The position numbers were made by a program, and so were the translations under genes. DNA of 64,000 bases from Gnetum montanum (lineage: Eukaryota; Plantae; Gnetophyta). This document shows, piece by piece, positions 54,368-64,000 of this stretch (positions within the stretch are counted from its first letter, which is position 1; each line of letters begins with the position of its first letter). The notes below the pieces were generated by a model that made no database searches, was not told the origin of the DNA, and saw nothing but the letters and a program-made list of their open reading frames with translations. The DNA is taken from assembly GCA_015680685.1 (NCBI GenBank), contig MNCI01002869.1:124697-188696 (forward strand), in the 5' to 3' direction.

Positions 54368-55274
54368 TGATGAGCGAGACAAAGTTTAGTGCTTAATTAT
54401 CTTAACAATTGTAAAATTGTCACCTCATATGTAACTAACTCGTGAGTTGTTTCTATGGAGGAATAGTTTCATAGTTAAAAATATAATCAAGAAAATAGAT
54501 AATTAGATCTGAATTCAATTAAAAAATTTACACTTATGATTGTTACTCATAAGTAAAATAAAAAATCCCTCATACTATCTTCTAATATTAAGTTCAAGTA
54601 TGAAAATAATTGATTATACCAAACTAAAAAACATATAAATTTATCATAATTATTAGAATATCACAAAGAATATGTCACCTAATTTGTGACCTTGCTCTAT
54701 TGCCTTCACAATGCAACAACTTCATAGCCTTAATAATATCAATGCTTGTTGATTGCCACAAGGTGTCAATAATCTTCCTTAATAGTTTCTAGTACAAATA
54801 AAGAAGAGTTAAATTTAGTGTGAGTTCTTTCTTGAATTTGGTATCCCCTTCACTCATAGATGAGCTTCTTATTTATACATAAGAGGATCTACAATAATTA
54901 GGAAAAATAAACATTTGAAAATTGATTGATATCAAAGAATTCAATAGTAATCGATTTTAGGGTTGTCGAATTACAATGCAATTTCAGGGATGTTTGATAC
55001 TCGATTTAGATTTCCTAGAGACTGAAATTGATATCTTGATTTCTTCTTTAGAAATCTATGTTATCAATCCATATCATTGTCACTATAAGGAGCGATACAA
55101 TTGACGTTGACTTCGACCATTACCATGATTTCCTACAATACATCGAGATCAATAAGAAAATTAATACTTATCAAATTCTATCGCTAAAATCGATTATCTT
55201 TAGTACAATAAAATAGTAAAAAAAAAAAATATGACCTTATAAGGTTAAAAACTAGAATTTTGAAGGGTTCAACA
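54368..55274 (-). repeat. 5' LTR of element E
   Basis: Direct repeat of 33888-34820, with a PBS on its left. Confidence 0.9.
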
Positions 55275-57095
55275 TTGTTCATGCTTGTTTTATACTACCC
55301 AACATTTAGCACTATATAAGATAGTAGGCCTAATTACTATCTTATAAATTTTTTTCTTTATTTTCATTGATATTCCTTTATTATATAGAACACTACTAGC
55401 ATGTATCCATTTTGATCATCCTACCCCATTTATATTTCTAATATCTTTATCAATTTTACCATTTGGTTATTGGATTAATCCTAATTAGGAAAACTATTTA
55501 CAATGAAGGACTTTTTTACCTTGAATTATCACTTCATTTCATCATTATTTATGTTGTTATTAAAATTGCATTCCATATATTTTATCTTAAAATTTCAATA
55601 TTTTCTTGAGGTGTATTCAACAATACTATATCATTTTGAAATAGTATACACGAAGGAATTTTTTGTTGTATTTTCTTTGTTAATTCATCCATAATGATGA
55701 AAAATAAAAATAGGTTAACTACGTATCCTTGATGTAGCTATAGTATGATAGGAAGATTAAATGTTATTTTATAAGTATTCTAAAGTTACTTGTATTTCCT
55801 TCATACATATCTTAAATCACTTTAATATATTTATTATGGATGTTTTTCCTTTGTAAGGCCCATCAAATAATAACTCTAAGCTCTCTTTCAAATCAATGAA
55901 GATCATATGTAGATTTTTTCTATATTTTATGAATTTCTCCATCAATAATCATATAAAAAATAACCTTTATAGTAGATCTCATTGACATAAATCCAAATTA
56001 ATTTTCTAATACTGTTCATTCAAGTTTGAGATGTTGCTCTATGACTCTATACCAAAGCTTCATAGTATGACTCATTAGTTTGATTCCTCAATAGTTTGTA
56101 CAATTTTGTACATCTTCTTTATTTTTGTAAAAGGGAACAACAAATATTTTTTTCAATTTTTGGACATTTATTCATCCTTCAAAATTTTGTTAAATAATTG
56201 TATTAGCCAAAAAACTTCTATATCTCCCAATGCTTTCCAAGCTTCTATAGAAATTATAGTTGGTTCAACAAATTTTTCATTTTTCATCTTTGATAAGGCT
56301 ATCTTCATCTTAGAGAAGGAAAATTCATTAATCAAACCAAACATTTTTTCTTCTTCTTGGATGTCTTATCTTGGGTATTTTAGATTTAGTAATTCTTGAA
56401 AATAATTTTTCGCCTATCCAAAATTTCATTGTCTTTTACCAAAATTTTCTCATATGCTTCCTTGATGCATTTGACATTATCAATATTCTTACATTTATTG
56501 TTTTTTATTTTTTTTTCAATTTAAAAATATATATTTTCATTTTCCTTTATTCCTAATTTTTTATAAAAGATATCTAAGACCTTATGTTTGTCTTTGGCTA
56601 TTGCTATAGTTGCCTCCTTTGCTAGTATATCAACCTATTCTTTTTGGCTATTGCTTTGTAGTTATTTCTTGAAGAATTTTTTCTTATTTTGAATAAAATG
56701 TTGCAGTTCATCACTTCACCACCATGTCTCCTTTGGAATGAAGTTTTTACCTTTTATTTCATGCAAAATAATCTTCTAATTTTCTAAATGCAACTTTCCA
56801 TATGGTCTCTACTTGAATTTGTAGAGCAATCTTGACTCCAAGTGCCTTCATTAAGCAATTGTTCTCTAAATAAGGTGATGTTATCTTCTTTCAAATTCCA
56901 TAAATTTATGCATTTAGTCCATTTTATTGTGATGTATTTAAGGCTTTATATAGCTAAATCCATGACCATTAGTTTATGTTGAGTTGCAATGCACTGTCTA
57001 GGTATGACCTTGCAGTCTTTGCACATGGTCTAGTCTCTTTTGTGGAATAAGAAGAATCAATTTATTTTTACCCATACCACTTCTGTATAAAACTA
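55275..57095 (-). mobile_element. RTE-clade LINE body (endonuclease C-terminus and RT), 5'-truncated
   Basis: YRSG...ID...CKDCKVIP...QHKLMVMD; DVQNCTNY*GIKLMSHT; LHMIFIDL; LHQG; IYKIVIRPTILYSAKCW runs on into 33887. Confidence 0.88.
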
Positions 57096-57131
57096 ATAAT
57101 ATTAAAAATCAAAAAAATACTTGTAAGTTAC

Positions 57132-58193
57132 CTAACCTTGCTGTAACCTTGGTATTCTTTGCTTACAACCACTTCTCCTTTGATCCATAGGTATCAATAA
57201 TTTCAATAGCATCTACCCTTATCTTCATCACTATTTGGTCCTTCTATTATATGCCCAAGGCATAGTTCCTAATTACCTCCACGTCCTACATATGATTCTC
57301 ATGAGTAGAACACTTTAATAGAAAATCCATGTTATTAGGGATTGAGGACATAGCCACTTCCTTAGGTAATGAGGATTCTACCTCCAATGGCTCTCTGAAG
57401 GTAGTAAGAAGAATCATCATGATGCTTATGACATACTAGCATAATAGGCAAGGTAATTCCTTCTTGTTTAGAACCTTTTCTTTATGGTAACTACTACAAG
57501 GTAACAACTCAATGAAGTACCAAATCATTTCATAGTAAATATTAAAGTTCATAAAGTTGTTAGAGCTTTCAACATCAATCATGTTCATGTTAGCTAACTT
57601 TGTAGATACCTTCTCATTCAAGTAGCTTGTTCAATCATAGTGAATACCTTACACCATGCTATTATAGATACCATAAGTTACTAAGGAGACGTTTGCCTCT
57701 TCATAATTTTGTTGTAGAGTATTATTAAATAAATAAGTGGAACACTTCCATCAGATTTTAGTTTGCATAGTTAGCAATGTTATGGCACTCATCACTATAC
57801 TATGTCCACTCACTAATCTACTCTTAATCCAGAGAAGATAGCTTGTCATTACCTCAATTGGACATCATTCATAAAAAGAGTCAAACTAATACCTTAATGA
57901 GTCCTTATTTTAGGGTAATATCACCTCTTTTCCTTGGATCTAGAACATGAAAAGCTATTGTTAGCTTTAGTAATATTTCATCATGACAATCATGTGCATG
58001 GGTGAAATGCTAGAATATCTCAATGTGAAGTGAGGCATCAACCTTGTTTGATAAAAAATAAGAAGATATTTGCTCCCATGTCCACTCACTAGCCACTTAT
58101 GACTAGCAAGATTGTTAAGGATATTTTCTTACAAGAATATCTCTTTCACATTCTCTAACTAGTTATACATGATTTCCAAGGTCTTAATCTTAT
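57132..58193 (-). pseudogene. Main exon of the antisense gene of element G (homolog of the element A antisense ORF)
   Basis: Acceptor TTTTGTAG at 58194 and donor GTAAC at 57131. WL-x15-RLMPHFT-x5-ISPMHMIV aligns without gaps to A's WL-x15-GLMELFT-x5-ISMTEMIV; GIHYD*TSYL matches GVRYNWT*FL. Confidence 0.7.
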
Positions 58194-58739
58194 CTACAAA
58201 ATCAAGAACAAAGATAATAAAAAATACAAGACATACTTAGGCTTAAGTGAAAAGAAAACAAGAGCATGAACAAAGGCTAAGTATTAACATAAGCGTTTAA
58301 ACAGAAACTTGATAAAATAATGGCATAGATCCTAAGGTATCTCTAATCCTTAATCAAATAAGTGATCTCATGGACCTCTTCACTTTCACGCCTAGATCTA
58401 GTTATTTCATGGAGAACATGGATCAAAATTTCCTGCTAAAAACCATGATAGTTCTTATGGTACCTAGTCTAATAAATCTTATCAATAAATTGTTTGAACA
58501 CTATGGGATATTAATTATCCTCAAAAGCAATCTCACAAAGCACCCTATCTAAAACCTCTAGGTAGGTATCCTCTCTATTTGGATCCTCAAATTCTTAGGC
58601 ACATGGAACAACAAGTTACATCAATGATTGTGTAAATCCTAAATAGGAAACTAGACTTAGGAAAATCAATGCAAAAAGTGAGAGCTCACATAAATATGCT
58701 TGGATATCATAATATGAGTTCCTATAGGGTTAAATAAAC

Positions 58740-60215
58740 TATGAACCTATCAAGGATCTAGCAATAACATAGTATTGATATTGAATCACTTGTAGGGATG
58801 GTCTTTCTAATTTTTTTCTATAGATATTACTAGGATGATAGTTCCAAGTTTCATAACCATTCATAACATATTCCTCTTGAAGATCATGGATGTCTAACTT
58901 TGTAAGAGTTTGAAGTAGCATCATAGGCACATATTGATTAGGGGGCGTTACAATGGTGCCCTCCATATCAAACCATCACAATTGCTCATCCTCATGTAGG
59001 ATGAAGGTGAAATCAAGCACATACTCATCTGGATGAGTATATACCACCTTGCACTATTGTGGGATTGGTGATTTGAGATCTTCATGCCTACGAGAAGAAG
59101 AAGACATTTTGCAAATAAATCAAATATTAGTGTGCTTTTGTATATATATGTTGTGTGAGAGTGATGTTAAACTTGGGTTTGTCTAATGATATTAATAATG
59201 TTTACTAATTGTAGATAGTGCACATTTCAACAAATAGAGTCCTTAGAAACTACACCAATCATGAGCAATTGAGGTACCCCTGTGCTCAACTATATAAATT
59301 ATGAAGCATTCACGCATGATTCGGTTGAATTCCATGGACTCTATTATTTCCTGCAAGCTAGTCTTCTAGGAAGTGAACCTTGACCTAAAGGTTGTTCATT
59401 GTCTTCCCAATTACACTTATGATGTACAAAGGTATGGTTAAGTGTAATCAAGAAATGATTTTTATTATTTTATGTTTTATGTTCTTTGGTGCTTAGAGTA
59501 GAGAGATGAACTAATTTAAGAACTAATCTAATTTAACTACTTAACTAGTATCTAACTAATCCTAACATAAGCATTCAATCCTACTTTCGATATATGTTCT
59601 AAACCCATGTATCCATTGCTGGGTTACCAAGCACTACACTACTGGGTGAATGAAGCAATAACGTTGTTGGGATTACCAAGCAAATATGTGTTTACGCTCA
59701 AAGAATTTGTACTTATGTACTTAGTATATTTAGCTTAATTAATTAACTAATCACTTAAAGTTTAATTTATCTTAAGTAATTACATATTTTATGAAAATAA
59801 TAATGCATGAATAAATAATTAATATATTCTAAGTTCTTCAAGGTTTGATCAAAAGGCTTGTTTTCATTGTTGTACACATTGGTGTGGTTCAGGTACAATA
59901 GTGCTTGAATAAAGATCCATACACTTTTTGACTTATGCTGTGGGCACACAGAGAAATATTCTAATTTTCAAATAGACAAACTAGAAGAGCTCTACTAATA
60001 CTTTGACTTCTATTCCCACAAACACAACTAGGGGCTTGTATTTATAGTTTTTACAGTAGTAGTACATCGATGGGGCCCCATAGATGTAGCAAATACTACA
60101 TCAATATGGCCTCATTGATAGGGCTACACCATGTAAATGGGACCCTATTGATGGAGGCTTTTCCATGAGGCCATCTTAATGAGGATCCATTGATGCAACA
60201 CTTTGATGCTCATCA
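58740..60215 (-). mobile_element. Element F: truncated Athila-like element (5' LTR, PBS, start of the gag ORF), same family as C
   Basis: LTR 59259-60215, decayed PBS 59239-59258, and an ORF from ATG 59107 (MSSSSRRHED...YTHPDEYV) matching the starts in C and D. Confidence 0.8.
59259..60215 (-). repeat. 5' LTR of element F
   Basis: Homologous to 22924-23882; CATCGATGGGGCCC-type short repeats at 60065-60200. Confidence 0.85.
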
Positions 60216-63080
60216 CTGATATACCATCAAATGGTTCTTTGAGATACTAGAAAAAGGGTTCTTTGAGACACAAGAAAAATGTTTTTTAACATACAATAAT
60301 ATGATTTTTTAAGATACCCAAAAATGGTATTTCGAGATATTTGAAAATGATTGTTTGAGATAGTAGAAAATGGCACTTCAAGATATTGAAAAAATGTTCT
60401 TCGAGATACCAAAAAACTATTTTTTGCCATAGAAGGAAAAGGTTCTTTGAGATACCAGAAAAGGGTTCTTTGAGATACTAAAAAAATGTTCCTCAAGATA
60501 CTAGAAAAAGGTTCTTTTCAAGATACTAGAAAAAGGTTCTTCAAGATACTAGAAAAATATTTTTTAAAAAAGGTTCTTTGAGATGACAACAAATTATTCT
60601 TTGACATACTAGAAAAATAGTTCTTTGAGATACCTAGAAAAGGTTCTATAAGATACTAGAAAAATGTTCTTTGAGATACCAAATAAAGGTTCTCTGAGAT
60701 ACCAACTGAAACACCCTAAAAAATGCGGGGTCATCCTTGCTTCACCAGGCTCTTGTAGTACGCATAGCACTATGGCAGTTCATTGGGAGGAGAACGTTAT
60801 GAGTTCAAGCTGGCCAGTTCGGCAAATTTTCTACTTTGAGTATGGATAGGTTCTATGCCATCCTGCCTGCCCACCAAGGTAGCCTAACCAGCTAATAGCC
60901 TGCTCAAAAATAGTGTATGGAATTGGCAGTAGCACTTTGGATGTGCAAAAAATAGTTTGACAAGTTTTCTAAGTCATGAAGTCTACTACGCTACACTACG
61001 CATCGTAGTGTAGCAAGCTTCAAAAAAGAGGATGGCAAAATGAAGTGCTATGCTACGCTACGCCACGCAGCATAGCATGGCAATGACTTCACTACCCACT
61101 CCCCTCGCTCGATTTCAAGTTCTGCAATGATGTCCCTTTCTGTCAGGAAGAAGCGGTGGACCATGTCTGTTGCTATGCTACACTGAGCTACATGGTGCAG
61201 CAAGGCATAACAATCCTGTGGAAGAGACAGAAGGCGATTTGAAAGGCAAAATCAATGGAGTTCACAAGACTTTCATCGTAGGAGACAAGGTTTGCAAATC
61301 GGAAAAGCTTTTGTGACTAAGGAAAGTTGCTATGCTACACTATGCTATGTAGTGTAGCATAGCATAGTAAGCATGTGACACATAGCAGAACGCGCAACAA
61401 AGTGCTATGCTACGCCAATCATGCTACGTCACAAAACACAGCAAGGCATGTAGGTGGTTGTGCGACATCAATGCACTCCACCTAATCAGACCGTTGACAC
61501 ATGTCTCTAGATGCTAACGACGCAATTACAGTGTAGTAGGATTGCAGTTATTGCATACAGGTTTACATCGTAATGGTCTTGTAGGTCCAACGGTCACAAA
61601 TGACACAAGTGGCACCAACAAGACAATAAAGGCTCAAGGCACGTAGCATTCAATCCACCCCTTTCGCATGCTCTTGTTCCTATAAATACCTCAACAAACA
61701 ACATGCAAAGGAGGTTCGTAATTTTTAAAGGTTGGAAATTTCAAAAGAGTTGGCATCCTTCTTGAAGCAAATAGCTCCCAAAGGGTGGAAAATTTGGAAT
61801 TCTAAAACAAAGATTTCTCCTCTCTCCAGCATTGTAACATCAAAGTCATCTATTTAACACTGTAAATAGTGAGTCTCTCTCAGCTAGCATGGGGTCCCAT
61901 CTCCATTCTACCACCTTGGTAGAACCCTGCATTATTTGTACCCAAGTCAGCGTCCAAGTGCACAGCTCTTTTTGCTCGACACACCTTAGTTACTCTCGGG
62001 ATTTCTGCACTCTGTCACGCTGTGCAACCGATTGTATCCACCCTAACCGAGTGAGTTTGTAGCTTCGAAGCGGTGCATGTTTCTAAATACACTTTATTTT
62101 ATTTCTTGCTTGTTTTCTCATTTTGCATCATTTTCTATTTTGTTCACCTTTAAGAATTACTTTGTATTACTGTCGCATTTTTTACAGTTTCTCTCCTGCT
62201 TCATTTACTTTTAAGCATTATCTCACATTTCACATTATTTATGTTACAAAAGGCTATATTGACGCTAATGTAAGTCCCTGTCTAATCGACTAGACCATTT
62301 AGGGCACCGCATATCTGCACACATCCAACATGGCCCTCCCGCGAATACAGGGTTGGAATTGTCGTGCCCGCCGACCCCCCGATGTTTTCCAGCCACCGAC
62401 ATTTTTGGTCGCTACACCAACAAATGATTCTTTGAGATTCTATAGGAATGGTACTTTAGGATACTAGAAAAATGTTCTTTCTAAATACTAGTAGATTCTA
62501 GTAAAAGGTTCTTCAACATACTAGAAAAAGAATAGTCAAGATACTAGAAAATAGTTCTTTGATATACCAGAAAAATATTCTTTAAGATACTAGAAAAAGG
62601 TTTTCGAAGATACTAGAAATGGTTATTTAACATACCAAAAAAATAGTTCTTTGAGATATTAGCAAAAGGTTTTTTGAGAAATCAAAAAAAAGTTCTTCGA
62701 GATTCTAAAAAAGGATTCTTCAAGATACCATAAAAATATTTTCTAATATACTAACAAACCATTTTTTGGTATCTCGAAGAACCTTTTATTCAAATCTCAA
62801 AGAACCTTTTTCTGGTACCTCGAAGAACCTTTTGTTCATATGTCAAAGACTAATTTTTGATAATTTGAAGAAAATTTTATTTGTCTCTCAAAGATCTATT
62901 TTCTTGTATCTGAAAGAATCTTTTTCTAGTATCTCAAAGAACCTTTCTTTGTTATCTTCAAAAAATATTTTTTTAGTATCTTGAAGAATCTTTTTCTGGC
63001 ATCTCGAAGAACCTTTTTCTTGTATCATAAAAAATTTTTTTATAGTATCATGAAAGAAGGTTTTTTTTTGGTATATCAAG
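60216..63080. repeat. ~21-22-bp tandem array (GAGATACYAGAAAAAGGTTCTTT), interrupted by a solo LTR and inverted after ~62760
   Basis: Forward units at 60216-60706 and 62417-62760; reverse-complement units (AAGAACCTTTTTCTRGTATCTC) at 62761-63080. Confidence 0.9.
60707..62416 (+). repeat. Solo LTR (1710 bp) of the A/B Tat-like family
   Basis: TGAAACACC...GCTACA with perfect TSD CCAAC on both sides, TATAAATA at 61681, and a 3' end similar to the B LTR. Confidence 0.92.
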
Positions 63081-64000
63081 TGATGAATTGAGGTTTGTTA
63101 GGTGCTAATATCAGACCCTTGACACCAGACACTTGATATTGAACCCTTGACGTCAGACCCTTGATATTGGACCTTTGACATCAGACCATTAACATTAGAC
63201 CCTTGACATTGGACCCTCGATATCAGACCCTTGATATCAGATACGCGATATCATGGCCTTACTAGCAATTTAAGGTACACGATATCATGGTTTTTGTGTG
63301 AGCCTATAAATACAAAATTGGGTGCATGGGAGAGTCATAGGAAAATTTAGTGTTAGAGTAGAGTCTTTTTATAATTTTTTCCTCTCAACTCATTTCCATA
63401 GTGCATGCCTGCAGTGTGATGATTGTAAGTGTACAACATCTTTATTTGAGTGTGACGTACTTGGATGCGCACATGACCGACAATAAAAATCAAGATTACT
63501 TTATCATTGGAGCATCCACTAAACTATTAATTGCTTTAATTGTTATTTACTATTTTCTTTAGTTAATATTTACTTTCTTGACATTTACATTTCCTGCTGT
63601 TAATGTGGAATGAGTACGACTTAATCATGAGCATTTAAGTGTGACTACTTGATATTCCAGTAGCATACCTAGGACATGTGCTTGGTAATCCCAGCAGTAG
63701 TACATGAGGTCCAAGATGTGTATGGATGATTAAGGTATGGATGCTCATCGTACTTAGGCTATCTTAGACTCTCTTTACCCTTTCCCTCTTAGCTTAATCA
63801 AAGTTACTTTGCATTACCTCTAGGAGTAGCACTAGTTTAGGACCACATCATACACCTCACTCTAGACTAAATCATACGTGATAAAGCAAATACTACTCCA
63901 AGTGGGAAGAGAGTGAATTGCAAGAAATGTGTAACTATCTAGATACCACAACTAACCCATCTATGGAGTTCAACCAGATCATGCATGAACACTTGTATTC
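63081..64000 (+). repeat. Athila-like LTR (C/D/F-related) running off the window end
   Basis: Starts TGATGAATTG like the D LTR; 14-bp tandem TCAGACCCTTGAYA at ~63108-63245; TATAAATA at 63305. Confidence 0.75.

Larger units (their letters stand above)
33888..55274 (-). mobile_element. Element E: full-length decayed Athila-like gypsy element, interrupted by D
   Basis: LTRs 33888-34820 and 54368-55274; TSD TTCTT/TTGTT; PBS TGGCACTATTCCCGAGA next to 54368; gag-PR-RT-RH-INT and a 3' extra ORF. Confidence 0.9.

Noticed and set aside
57132-57400. Extension of the RTE endonuclease beyond 57095
   Set aside because: The sequence fits the antisense-gene exon and splice donor; RTE similarity ends at YRSG near 57090. 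No convincing LINE TSD was found.
22924-60215. C and F LTRs as the two ends of one 37-kb element
   Set aside because: Both have a PBS and ORF start on the same side, so both are 5' LTRs of separate copies; no shared TSD.
60227-63079. ORFs 60227-60496, 62766-62984 and 62888-63079
   Set aside because: They are translations of the 21-bp tandem array.

Overview
This 64-kb window is AT-rich plant heterochromatin made entirely of nested, decayed retroelements; no host gene, RNA gene or CRISPR array is visible. Left nest: a copia remnant carries an Athila-like element C (minus), into which a Tat-like element B (+) inserted, and into B a Tat-like element A (1684-14174, both LTRs, CCCTA TSD). Central nest: a Tat-like element G (+, gag-protease) holds an RTE LINE in an intron, split by an Athila-like element E (minus, 33888-55274), itself split by an Athila-like element D (+, 39176-48848). 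Right end: a truncated Athila-like element F, a ~21-bp tandem array that flips orientation, a solo LTR with perfect TSD, and another LTR. The main signal is the composite architecture of the Tat-like family (A, B, G): LTR - gag-PR(+) - spliced multi-exon antisense gene(-) with its own promoter - RT-RH-aRH-INT(+) - LTR. The RT-INT module is bracketed by arrays of small hairpins with a conserved 11-nt loop and co-varying stems. All coding regions are pseudogenised, mostly by C>T/G>A changes. Boundaries were read by eye; those without a TSD or LTR pair are approximate.
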